Positions 28,401 to 37,351 of a DNA stretch of 37,351 nucleotides are shown piece after piece. Below the pieces are notes generated by a model, which was not told the DNA's origin, ran no database searches, and saw only the letters and a program-made list of their open reading frames with translations. Within the stretch, counting starts at the first letter, position 1. Every line of letters starts with the position of its first letter. This DNA is from Dehalococcoidia bacterium (GTDB lineage: Bacteria; Chloroflexota; Dehalococcoidia; Bin125). The position numbers and the translations under genes are program-made. Location: the NCBI GenBank assembly GCA_963663235.2, contig CAXXNO010000014.1:1-37351 (forward strand), in the 5' to 3' direction.

Positions 28401-30461
28401 CTGCTGACCGGGCGCAATCCCCACAGCGTTGGCATGGGCAAGATCTCCTCCTTCAACGACGCCGGCTATCCCGGCATGCGCGGCCGGATCAGCAACCACG
28501 CCGCCACGATCGCCGAGATGCTGCAGTCCGATGGCTACGCGACGTACGCGCTGGGGAAGTGGCACCTGGCGCCGTTCGAGGCGACCTCCCCCGCCGGCCC
28601 CTACGACGACTGGCCGCTGCAACGCGGGTTCGATCGCTACTACGGCTTCTTCCCCGGGCAGACGGACCAGTTCTATCCGGAACTGACCTACGACAACCAT
28701 CCCGTCGATCCGCCGGCACGGCCGGAGGAGGGCTACCACGTCACGGAGGACCTGGCCGATCACGCGATCAGCTTCCTGCGCGACAAACAGTCGCACCGGC
28801 CGCGACAGCCGTTCTTCATGTACTTCGCGACCGGCGCCATGCACGAGCCGCACCAGGCGCCGCAGGCCTACCTGGACAAGTACCGGGGCCGCTTCGACGC
28901 GGGCTGGGATGTGCTGCGGGCGGAGTGGTACCAGCGCCAGCTGGCGAGCGGCCTCATCCCGCCGGACACCACGCTGGCCCCGCGTAACCCCGGGGTGCAG
29001 CCCTGGGATTCGCTGCCGGCGAACGAGCGTCGATTCATGGCGCGACTGCAGGAAGCGTTCGCTGGCTTCCTCGAACACACCGACGCGCAGATTGGGCGGC
29101 TGATCGAGTACCTGGAATCGTCTCGGCAACTGGACGACACCATCGTGATGGTGCTGGCCGACAACGGCACCAGCCAGGGCGGCGGCCCCACGGGAATCAT
29201 GCGCGCCGGCCCCGACGCGCGCGGCGCCACCAACGACGGCCGCGTGGCGGGCGAGGTGAACCCGGCCAACCCGCGCACGCTCGTCGTGGACGACGTGGAC
29301 AGGGTGGACCTGGACGAGATCGGTGGACCGCGTAGCCACGCCGATATCCCTTGGGGCTGGGCGCAGGTCGGGAATACGCCGCTGCGTTGGTACAAGGGCG
29401 ATGTTCATGGCGGCGGCGTCCGCGTGCCGCTCATCGTGCACTGGCCGGCGCGGATCACGGTGCCCGGCATTCGCCAGCAGTTCCACTACGTCAACGATGT
29501 CGTGCCGACGGTGCTGGAGCTGACCGGCGTGGAAGCGCCGGGGACGTACCGGGGCGTTGGCCAGATGCCCGTCTCCGGCACGGGCTTCGCGTACACCTTC
29601 GACGACCCGGAAGCGGCCTCCCGCAAACCGGCGCAGTATTTCGAGATGTCCGGGCATCGCGCGATCTGGGACGACGGCTGGAAGGCGGTCACCCGCCACA
29701 GCCGCGGCGCCCCCTTCTCCGACGATGAGTGGGAGCTGTACCACCTGGCCGACGACTTTTCGGAGTCGCGTAACCTGGCCGGGCGAGAGCCCGAGCGGCT
29801 GCGCGAGCTGATCGACCGCTGGTGGGTGGAGGCGAGTCGCCACGGCGCGCTGCCGCTGGACGATCGGGCCTTTGTACCGGCCGAGTCGCGCCGGCGCGGC
29901 GGCGGCGGACCGACGCGCTACCGATTCACGCCGCCCCTCTCGCATCTCCCCTACAGCGCGACCCCGCCCTGGAACGCCGGAGACTGGACGCTGACGGCCG
30001 ATATCGAGCGGGAGAACGGGGCGCAGGAGGGGGTGATCGTGGCGATGGGTGGGATCATCAACGGCGTCTCGCTCTTCGTCCGCGGCAACCGCCTGCACGT
30101 CGACTACAACGTGCGCACCGCGATCACGCGAGCGCGGTCATCGCTGGAACTGCCGCCGGGCCGGATCAGCGTCGGCGCGCGCCTGCAGGCGGAGCCGGAC
30201 GGCGGCGGCACGCTGACGCTGTTCGTGGGCGACGCGGCGGTCGGTGAGACGCGCATCCCGGAGCTGGCCGGCCGCACCATCCACCAGCGCCGGGGTGGCG
30301 GGTCGTTCGGGCTGGACCGGCTCTCCCCCGTCAGCGACAGCTATGAGGCGCCATTCCCGTTCAGCGGCACGATTCACGTTGTGGAGATGGAGATCACCCC
30401 GTTCGCTCGTGCGGCCGGCGCGCTGGCGCAAGCGGGGGCGCAGTCAGGAGATTCGCGATGA
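28143..30461 (+). CDS. Arylsulfatase (Cys-type)
   Basis: LCSPTRAALLTGR, GKWHL, ADNG motifs; 772 aa; stop overlaps the next ATG. Confidence 0.95.
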   Translation: MASTERFEGKIGRTYRESEPWWSPRPEDAEGERPNVVIVLLDDTGFAHLGCYGSTIDTPNIDALAANGLRFSNFHVTPLCSPTRAALLTGRNPHSVGMGKISSFNDAGYPGMRGRISNHAATIAEMLQSDGYATYALGKWHLAPFEATSPAGPYDDWPLQRGFDRYYGFFPGQTDQFYPELTYDNHPVDPPARPEEGYHVTEDLADHAISFLRDKQSHRPRQPFFMYFATGAMHEPHQAPQAYLDKYRGRFDAGWDVLRAEWYQRQLASGLIPPDTTLAPRNPGVQPWDSLPANERRFMARLQEAFAGFLEHTDAQIGRLIEYLESSRQLDDTIVMVLADNGTSQGGGPTGIMRAGPDARGATNDGRVAGEVNPANPRTLVVDDVDRVDLDEIGGPRSHADIPWGWAQVGNTPLRWYKGDVHGGGVRVPLIVHWPARITVPGIRQQFHYVNDVVPTVLELTGVEAPGTYRGVGQMPVSGTGFAYTFDDPEAASRKPAQYFEMSGHRAIWDDGWKAVTRHSRGAPFSDDEWELYHLADDFSESRNLAGREPERLRELIDRWWVEASRHGALPLDDRAFVPAESRRRGGGGPTRYRFTPPLSHLPYSATPPWNAGDWTLTADIERENGAQEGVIVAMGGIINGVSLFVRGNRLHVDYNVRTAITRARSSLELPPGRISVGARLQAEPDGGGTLTLFVGDAAVGETRIPELAGRTIHQRRGGGSFGLDRLSPVSDSYEAPFPFSGTIHVVEMEITPFARAAGALAQAGAQSGDSR

Positions 30462-32776
30462 CGTCAACGGAGCGGTTCGAAGGCAAGATCGGGCGAACCT
30501 ACCGGGAGTCGGAGCCGTGGTGGTCGCCGCGCCCGGAGGACACAGAAGACGAGCGCCCGAACGTGGTCATCGTGCTGCTGGACGACACGGGCTTCGCGCA
30601 CCTGGGCTGCTACGGCTCGCTGATTGAGACACCTAACATCGACGCGATCGCGGCCAACGGGCTGCGCTTCTCGAACTTCCATGTGACGCCGCTGTGCTCG
30701 CCCACGCGCGCGTCGCTGCTGACCGGTCGCAACCACCACTCGGTGGGTATGCGCACGCCAGCGAATCTGCCCGACACCGGCTTCCCCAATATGCGCGCCT
30801 CCGTGACGAAGCATGCGGCGACGCTCGCGGAGATGCTGCAGGCGGAAGGCTACGCGACGTACGGGCTGGGGAAGTGGCACCTCAACAATTCGGAAGACAG
30901 CTCCGCCGCCGGGCCATTCGACAATTGGCCGCTGCAGCGCGGCTTCGACCGCTACTACGGCTTCCTGGCCGGGGCGACGGATCAGTTCTATCCGGAGCTG
31001 ACGTACGACAACCACCACGTCGATCCGCCCAAGACGCCCGAGGAGGGCTACCACGTGACGGAGGACCTGGCCGATCATGCGATCGGCTTCCTGCGGGACA
31101 AACAGTCGAACCGGCCGCGGCAGCCCTTCTTCCTCTACTTCGCGACCGGCGCCATGCACGATCCGCACCAGGCGCCTCGCGAATACATCGAGAAGTACCG
31201 CGGGCGCTTCGACGCCGGATGGGACGTCGTCCGGCAGCAGGTCTATGAGCGCCAGCTGGCGAGCGGGGTCATTCCCGCGGATACACAGCTGGCGCCCCGT
31301 AACCCCGGTGTCGTTCCCTGGGACGAGACGCCGGACGAAGAGAAGCCCTTCATGCTGCGGCTGCAGGAGACGTTCGCCGGCTTCCTGGATCATACGGACG
31401 CCCAGATCGGGCGGCTGATCGACCACCTGCGGGCCTCCGGCGAGCTGGACAACACGATCCTCCTGCTGCTCCACGACAACGGCACCAGCCAGTCCGGCGG
31501 ACCGACGGGTGTGCTCCACGCCGGCGGCAGTCCGGTTCGCGGCGCAACCAAAGACGGCCGGATCCTGGCAGAGTCTTACCCCGGCAAGCCGTACAAGATC
31601 TATGTGGACGACATCCCGAACGTGGATCTGGACGAGATTGGCGGGCCGCGCAGCTCCGCCGATCTTCCCTGGGGCTGGGCGCAGGTGGGGAACACGCCGC
31701 TGCGCTGGTACAAGGCGGACGTGCATGGTGGGGGCGTGCGCGTGCCCCTGATCGTGCACTGGCCGCAGCGCATCAGCGTGCCCGGCGCCCGCCACCAATT
31801 CCACCACGTCAGCGACATCGTGCCGACCGTCCTCGAGCTGCTCGGTCTGGAGGCGCCCAGCCAGTATCGCGGCATCGACCAGATGCCGGTACATGGCACC
31901 CCGCTGGCCTACACCTTCGACCACCCGGAAGAACCCTCCCGCAAGCCGGTCCAGTATTTCGAGATGGACGGACACCGGGGCATCTGGGCGGATGGCTGGA
32001 AAGCCGTCACGCGGCACACCCGCGACACGCCGTACGGCGACGACGAGTGGGAGCTCTACCACCTGGCGGAGGATTTCTCCGAGCTGCGCGATCTCGCCGC
32101 GGCGGAGCCCGAACGCCTGCGCGAGCTGATCGATCGCTGGTGGGTGGAGGCCGGCCGCTACGGTGTGCTGCCACTCGACGATCGCCACGAGCGGCTGCGC
32201 GGCGTCAGCCTGCGGCCCGGCGGGATCCACGCCCGGCTCCGCTACCACTACACGCCCCCGATCTCCCACCTGCCCACCCGCGCCGTCGCGCCCGCACTGG
32301 GCGTGGGCGAGTGGGAGATCACGGCGGACATTGAGCGGGCCGAGACCACGCTGGACGGCGTGCTCTTCGTGGAGGGGGGCATGACCGGTGGCATCGCGTT
32401 CTACGTCCAGGACAACCGGCTGCAGTTCGCCTACAACTCCCGGTCGGTGGTCACCAGCGGCAGCGCCGCGGTGGAGCTGCCCGCCGGTCGCGTCACGGTG
32501 GCGGCGCGGCTCACGGCTGCGAAGGCAGAGGGGAACGGCCGCGTAACCTTGGTCATGGACGGCGCCGACGTGGGATCGATCGACGTGCCGTCGCTCGCCT
32601 GGGGCGCGGGGCGGGGCGGAGCGGATGTTGGGCTGAACCGCCTCTCCCCCGTCACGTCCGCCTATGAGCGGCCGTTCCCGTTCGGCGGCACCATCCACAG
32701 CGTCGATATTGTGGTCACACGCTTCCCCGGACCCATCGCGCCGCCCTCGCCCGAGGAAGCGAGCATGGACAAATGA
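30458..32776 (+). CDS. Arylsulfatase (Cys-type)
   Basis: LCSPTRASLLTGR, GKWHL, HDNG motifs; 772 aa; stop overlaps the FGE start. Confidence 0.95.
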   Translation: MTSTERFEGKIGRTYRESEPWWSPRPEDTEDERPNVVIVLLDDTGFAHLGCYGSLIETPNIDAIAANGLRFSNFHVTPLCSPTRASLLTGRNHHSVGMRTPANLPDTGFPNMRASVTKHAATLAEMLQAEGYATYGLGKWHLNNSEDSSAAGPFDNWPLQRGFDRYYGFLAGATDQFYPELTYDNHHVDPPKTPEEGYHVTEDLADHAIGFLRDKQSNRPRQPFFLYFATGAMHDPHQAPREYIEKYRGRFDAGWDVVRQQVYERQLASGVIPADTQLAPRNPGVVPWDETPDEEKPFMLRLQETFAGFLDHTDAQIGRLIDHLRASGELDNTILLLLHDNGTSQSGGPTGVLHAGGSPVRGATKDGRILAESYPGKPYKIYVDDIPNVDLDEIGGPRSSADLPWGWAQVGNTPLRWYKADVHGGGVRVPLIVHWPQRISVPGARHQFHHVSDIVPTVLELLGLEAPSQYRGIDQMPVHGTPLAYTFDHPEEPSRKPVQYFEMDGHRGIWADGWKAVTRHTRDTPYGDDEWELYHLAEDFSELRDLAAAEPERLRELIDRWWVEAGRYGVLPLDDRHERLRGVSLRPGGIHARLRYHYTPPISHLPTRAVAPALGVGEWEITADIERAETTLDGVLFVEGGMTGGIAFYVQDNRLQFAYNSRSVVTSGSAAVELPAGRVTVAARLTAAKAEGNGRVTLVMDGADVGSIDVPSLAWGAGRGGADVGLNRLSPVTSAYERPFPFGGTIHSVDIVVTRFPGPIAPPSPEEASMDK

Positions 32777-33759
32777 GCGATTGCTGCGCTCCCGGGAGCG
32801 GCGGATACGGCCGGCCGATCGCGGCCCGCCTCCGGTCTGCACCGAACGTCGTCGCCGCCGGGGACAGGTCCGGTGGGCCCATGGTGTCCATCCCGGGCGG
32901 AACCTTCCAGATGGGGGCCGACGACGCCATCTCCTACCCCGAGGACGGGGAGGGTCCGGTCCGGCCGGTCACGCTGTCGCCCTTCCAGATCGATGTCCAC
33001 GCCGTCACAAACGCTGAGTTCGCGATCTTCGTCGAGCGGTCGGGCTATCGCACCGAGGCCGAGCGCGAGGGCTGGTCCTTCGTCTTTGGGGGCCTGCTGC
33101 CGGACGACTTCGCGCCAACGCGGGGCGCGGCGGACGCGCCCTGGTGGCGGCGGGTGGAGGGCGCGTGTTGGTCGCATCCTGAGGGTGCGGGAACGAGCGT
33201 CGTAGGGCGCGAGGACCATCCCGTCGTGCACGTGAGCTGGGCGGATGCCGCAGCGTACGCGGCCTGGGCGGGGCGCGGATTACCCAGCGAGGCGCAGTGG
33301 GAGTGCGCGGCCCGCGGTGGGCTGGACCGTCGCCGCTACCCCTGGGGCGACGAGCTGGAACCCGGCGGCGAGCATCGGATGAACGTGTGGCAGGGGGACT
33401 TCCCCTCGCGCAACACGCAGGACGACGGCTGGTACGGCACCTGCCCCGCCGATACGTTCCCGCCCAACGACTACGGTCTGCGCAACATGACCGGCAACGT
33501 CTGGGAGTGGTGCGTCGATTGGTTCGACGTCAACGCGTCGGTCTCCCAGGACTCGGTCGATCCTACCGGCCCGCCGGACGGCGACCTGCGCGTGCTCAAG
33601 GGGGGCTCCTTCCTCTGCCATGCGAGCTACTGCGCGCGCTACCGCCCCGCCGCGCGCATGGGCCTCCCACCAGACAGCAGCACCAGCAACGTGGGCTTTC
33701 GTTGTAGCCGCCCAGGGACCGGACCGGCCCTTCCGGGGACGGTTGCGGATCAAGGGTGA
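32773..33759 (+). CDS. Formylglycine-generating enzyme (SUMF1/FGE, sulfatase maturation)
   Basis: F.MG, VTNAEF, HPVVHVSW.DA.AYA.W.G..LPSEAQWE.AARGG, GNVWEW, KGGSFLCHASYCARYRPAAR with both catalytic Cys. Confidence 0.95.
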   Translation: MSDCCAPGSGGYGRPIAARLRSAPNVVAAGDRSGGPMVSIPGGTFQMGADDAISYPEDGEGPVRPVTLSPFQIDVHAVTNAEFAIFVERSGYRTEAEREGWSFVFGGLLPDDFAPTRGAADAPWWRRVEGACWSHPEGAGTSVVGREDHPVVHVSWADAAAYAAWAGRGLPSEAQWECAARGGLDRRRYPWGDELEPGGEHRMNVWQGDFPSRNTQDDGWYGTCPADTFPPNDYGLRNMTGNVWEWCVDWFDVNASVSQDSVDPTGPPDGDLRVLKGGSFLCHASYCARYRPAARMGLPPDSSTSNVGFRCSRPGTGPALPGTVADQG

Positions 33760-33799
33760 GGGCGCTGGGCTCGCGAGCCCGGTGCCCAATCCCGGGCTG

Positions 33800-34612
33800 A
33801 TGAGTCCTGAACAGGCCATCATCTTTGCGCTGCTGGGGGCCGGGATCTCGATCTACGCCATCAGCGTGGGGGCGGGCGGTGGCTTCCTGTTCACGCCACT
33901 GCTCCTGCTGTGGTACGAGGACGCGGACCCGGCAGCGATCACCATGGCCGCCCTCTCCGTGGTCGCGCTGAACAGCGCTGCGGCCGCCGCGCTCGCGGCC
34001 CGGGCCCGGCTGCTGGACTATCCCGTCATCCTGGTGTTGCTGGCGGCAGCCCTGCCCGGATCGTTGATCGGCGCCTTGGGTACCTCGGTCCTCCCGCGCT
34101 CAGCCTTCGCCGCGATCTTCGCCGCCCTGCTCATCGCCGTGGGTGTGCATCTGATCTGGCGTCCTGTGCATCACTTCGGTGGCCCGCTACGCCACGGATG
34201 GCCACGACGATTCCGGGACGGCGAAGGGAATAGATTCGCCTACCGGCTGCCGCTGCGACGCTCCCTCATGGCAACAACTGCGACGGCGGCTGTTGCATCG
34301 CTGACAGGGATCGGGGGCGGCCTGCTCTACACGCCCATGGCGATGAGCGTCATGCGGATGCCCCACGCCCTCGCCGCGCCGACGGCCTACGCCGTGATCG
34401 CTGGCATGGCGCTGACCGCCGTGACCGTCCAGGCTGCGTTCGGCAGCGCCGCACAGCCCATGTGGGCCGTCCCACCGCTTGCGGCGGGCGCGCTTGTCGG
34501 CGGGAGTGTGGGGTGGCGATTCCAGCGCCGGAGTCGCCAGTCGACCTTGACACGCTTGCTCGCGGTCGGCCTGATCGCCATCGGCGTGCGCAGCGCGCTG
34601 CTGGCCTTCTGA
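33800..34612 (+). CDS. TauE/SafE-family sulfite exporter
   Basis: Two G.GGG motifs (VGAGGGFL.TP.L; GIGGGLL.TP); about 8 hydrophobic segments. Confidence 0.88.
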   Translation: MSPEQAIIFALLGAGISIYAISVGAGGGFLFTPLLLLWYEDADPAAITMAALSVVALNSAAAAALAARARLLDYPVILVLLAAALPGSLIGALGTSVLPRSAFAAIFAALLIAVGVHLIWRPVHHFGGPLRHGWPRRFRDGEGNRFAYRLPLRRSLMATTATAAVASLTGIGGGLLYTPMAMSVMRMPHALAAPTAYAVIAGMALTAVTVQAAFGSAAQPMWAVPPLAAGALVGGSVGWRFQRRSRQSTLTRLLAVGLIAIGVRSALLAF

Positions 34613-34794
34613 CCCGGAACCCAATCCCCCCATGCAGGCGCCCCCACCGTTCGGTCTGGTGACAGGCTTCCCCGTCGTCGAACGGCTGCTCGTCGCGAAC
34701 GTGCTGCCCGTCGACTGACTGTATCTAAGCCACAATCAGGAGGACTTTGATCGACTGATCGGATGGGGCCACGACGGCGTCCAGGGGGGAGGAC

Positions 34795-34847
34795 TGGTGG
34801 GCCCTCTGGGATTCGAACCTGAGCGACGGATTAAAAGTCCGCTGCTC
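34795..34847 (-). other. tRNA-Lys(UUU) 3'-portion with CCA (att-like remnant, not a full tRNA)
   Basis: Reverse complement GAGCAGCGGACTTTTAATCCGTCGCTCAGGTTCGAATCCCAGAGGGCCCACCA. The 5' acceptor strand and D-loop are absent. Confidence 0.8.
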
Positions 34848-35253
34848 CGATCCCAGAGGCGTCTCCGCCCGGTAACACGGGCGGAACAGTCCTGGAGACC
34901 GACGGACTGCAACTCAGCAGGTCTGCCAGACTCCCGAGGGCTGAGGTCGCCGGCGCGCGTCTCCCGCTCACAAGTTCGCGGGATTCCGGGCGCGATCTAA
35001 TATTCGTGCCCCACACCGAGGGAAGCGGGACGTGGGCCAGGTGCCGAACGGCGCCCTGCGATCCAGGCCATGCCCATGCGATGCTCCGCCGACGTGGGTC
35101 ACAGCCCGGGTGGCGCGCGACCCGCGCACATTCGATAGACCCGCGCCAGGGGCACGGCGTAACGCGGTGACGTTCCGTCCGCGCCCTGCAGGTCGTAACC
35201 AAGGCTTGACTCCGGATGAGGTTTTGGGCCTGTGTGTCAATCTGGACGGATGT

Positions 35254-35272
35254 AGGACGTATGTTCTATCCT
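35254..35272 (+). promoter_or_regulatory. Near-consensus LexA box overlapping a -10 element
   Basis: AGGAC-gtat-GTTCT (35254-35267) running into TATCCT; RBS GGAGGA at about 35289. Confidence 0.5.
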
Positions 35273-35297
35273 GCGACCGGCCGGTGGCGGAGGAACC

Positions 35298-35621
35298 GTG
35301 ATGCGCGACGACAGCATTGAGATGCGCCCCTTTCGCGGGCGACCCGGGGTTCCTCCCTGGAGCGCCCCCCCGTCACTTCACCAGCAACGGCTCGCGCTGC
35401 AAGCCGAGGCGGCCGCGCTCATCGTGGCGGCGTGGGAACGCATCCACGAAGCCGACGTCCTGACCACCCGGATGCCCCATGCCGCCGACGGCGAGCTGGG
35501 CATTGAGGACGCGCTGGCCGAGTTAGCGACGGTCGCGGCGCGCCTCGACCGCACGGTCATCCAACCCGCCTTGCGGGCAGACCACCAGCCAGTTCCAGCC
35601 CGCAGGGCGCTCGCCTCGTGA
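35298..35621 (+). CDS. Small hypothetical protein
   Basis: 107 aa, good RBS, helical composition. Confidence 0.5.
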   Translation: MMRDDSIEMRPFRGRPGVPPWSAPPSLHQQRLALQAEAAALIVAAWERIHEADVLTTRMPHAADGELGIEDALAELATVAARLDRTVIQPALRADHQPVPARRALAS

Positions 35622-36093
35622 GCCGCCTCTGGCGCCAGGAACTCGCCGCGTGCGAGCGGCGGCCCCCTGCTTGCTGGTGCAAGACCGATTGGCGGCATGG
35701 CCGTGAGCTGTACTTCGTCCGATCGTCTTCGTCCAGGCTCAAGGTCGTATCGTCCTGTTCCATTGGCTCAGTCATGATTCTCCTCTGCCTCGAGTTCAAG
35801 CGTTTTTATTCGGACGTCCACCCTTGCCTCCCTTGGGGGCCCGCCCGATCCCCGTTGCGATCTTCGGTTCCTGAGTGGACCAGGCGAGGTGAGCGCTCGG
35901 CCCACCAAGAACGCCAGTAGCGGCGCCAGCCACACGATATTCCCATGGTGTGCCGAAACACGTCCGGTTGACCTATACGGGGGCCGGTCTGACGGTGCGA
36001 TCGCGGTGCGCTCAGGGGGGCGGGCCGCCTCCGTATCGCACTCGGGAGCAGCGACGAGTTCCAGGCGGGCCGCGGCTCGGGAGGGCTTCCGCA

Positions 36094-36218
36094 CCACCAT
36101 GGGCGCCGTAGGACACGTTGTAGGGCGGGTCGGTGAAGACCAGGTCCGCCGGTTGGCCGCCCAGGCAGCGAGCGACGAATGCCGCGTCCGTGGCGTCGCC
36201 CCGGAAAAGGCGATGGGC
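36094..36218 (-). pseudogene. Isolated ~125-bp fragment of the ParB-MTase gene (paralog of 2948-3072) with intact DPPY
   Basis: HRLFRGDATDAAFVARCLGGQPADLVFTDPPYNVSYGAHGG; DNA highly similar to 2948-3072. Confidence 0.9.
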
Positions 36219-36860
36219 AAGATAGAGCGGCATGAGCGATCCTTCCGACCCCAGATGGTCGCGGATCGGCCCGGTTCAGGGGCCGGATAGAGTTTTGCCT
36301 CCCCCCGCCCATCCCCAGCAGTAGCAAACACAGCCCGACGATGAGCGGAGGTCGTACTCATCCCACCATCCTCACCTCATCACGCTCGCCTCCGGCTTGC
36401 TCAGGAGTCTAGCCGTCAGGGGTCGAGTCGGGACGCGTCGTGATAGTTCGCACAAGGACAATCTTGACAAGCCCGGACCGCCCGGCCAGATTGCAGGCAG
36501 GGCTGGCCGCGCCTCGCACGGGGCCAACGGCCAGGGCCGGCGAGCGGCGGCGGACCGGACTCCGCCGGTGCACCGAAAGGAGGGTGTCATCCTGTTGGAC
36601 GACAGTCCGCCGCGCAGCGGCGGGACGCTCCTCCTGCGAGCCGCGGGGTTGCTGGACGAAGCGAACGTGAACCCTATCCCCCGCCCGAGAGGCGGCGCGA
36701 CGGAGCCGTTCGGAGCGGACAACCGCTCACCACCGCGAACGTAGCGATGAGCGTCGGAACCACGAGAAGCGGTGCGAGGGCCCGGTGTTGCACGCCGGGC
36801 CTCGCCGATCTCCGCGCCAGCGCACAGACCGGGAGCCGCATCCGCGAGAGGAGACGCCTG

Positions 36861-37287
36861 ATGGTGATTCGCTACGCACATCCGGAGGATCACGATGGCG
36901 CGGTGCAGCTCTGGGCGGCGGTCGGGTTTCCGACCATGTCGGACGACGAGGTGGGAGGTGATCGTGCGCAGCCAGACGACGTTCGCGCTCGTCCGTCGAC
37001 GAGGCCGGTCAGCTGATTCGGCGCGGCCCTGGCAACGTTCGACGGCTGGCGCGCGTTCCTCTATCACGTGGCGATCGACGAGGCGTATCGGGGGCAGGGC
37101 GTGGCGAAAGCCCTCATGGCGGAGGCCGAGGCGCGAGTTGCCGCTGCTGGCGCGCACTACCTCTATGCCCTCGTGCATGAGGAGAACGCCGCCGGGCTTG
37201 CCCTGGCCACCGTGATGGGATTCGAACCGGGAGGGGGACCTGGTGCTCGTGAAGGACCTCGTCGCAGACGATCCCGAGGCCGGATGA
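36861..37287 (+). pseudogene. GNAT acetyltransferase broken by several single-base indels (pseudogene or sequencing errors)
   Basis: MVIRYAHPEDH..AVQLW.AVG / ...ATFDGWRAFLYHVAIDEAYRGQGVAKALM.EAE...VHEEN..G......GF pieces lie in different frames. Confidence 0.75.
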
Positions 37288-37351
37288 TTCGCGGCACAGC
37301 TCCCAGGTACAGACGTATCGGGTGTGGCGGGAGCGGCCCAACGGGCAGACG

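Noticed and set aside
27910-30715. Diversity-generating retroelement template/variable repeat pair
   Set aside because: No reverse transcriptase in the window, too few differences to show adenine-specific variation, and the repeat spans gene junctions as in a tandem duplication.
25500-32842. Long antisense ORFs (25500-27965, 28149-30098, 30464-32842; also 16448-17824, 19719-21326)
   Set aside because: Shadow frames of real high-GC genes on the opposite strand; no motifs.
34795-34847. Functional tRNA-Lys gene
   Set aside because: 5' acceptor strand and D-loop are missing and the T-stem is imperfect. The same applies to 11771-11820 and 17999-18044.
37212-37230. tRNA T-loop-like GGGATTCGAACC
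   Set aside because: Encodes MGFEP within the GNAT gene; no other tRNA features.
36861-37287. Biologically meaningful multi-frameshift in the GNAT gene
   Set aside because: Several single-base insertions near the window end fit sequencing error or simple decay; reads are needed to decide.

Overview
High-GC accessory region, probably from a Chloroflexota (Dehalococcoidia-like) genome. This is inferred from AGAAC-N4-GTTCT LexA boxes and the protein families present. It has no core genes. The left part (1-14.2 kb) is a patchwork of mobile-element and gene remnants: a degenerate IS3 end, a LexA-boxed phage/satellite-like operon with a broken ParB-DNA methyltransferase, serine and tyrosine recombinase fragments, defence-gene fragments (PD-(D/E)XK N-terminus, DUF262), a full-length IS3 (9712-10955) and many abruptly joined enzyme fragments. 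A DUF3179 lipoprotein is the main intact cargo gene there. The right part (14.2-34.6 kb) is a sulfate-ester utilisation island: three 772-aa Cys-type arylsulfatases plus two sulfatase remnants, a formylglycine-generating enzyme, a TauE exporter, Dpp-type ABC components, LysR, a desaturase, an enoyl-CoA hydratase and a carboxyltransferase. tRNA-Lys and tRNA-Gly 3'-half remnants (att-like scars) flank and punctuate it. The most unusual signals are (i) a dense, nearly pure A:T>C:G substitution pattern in the IS3 copy at 1-529, echoed in other mobile genes including the methylase DPPY>DPPS; (ii) a candidate ~200-nt pseudoknotted ncRNA at 9390-9588 behind its own promoter and an SOS box; (iii) a sulfatase tandem array with near-identical junction repeats but diverged gene bodies.
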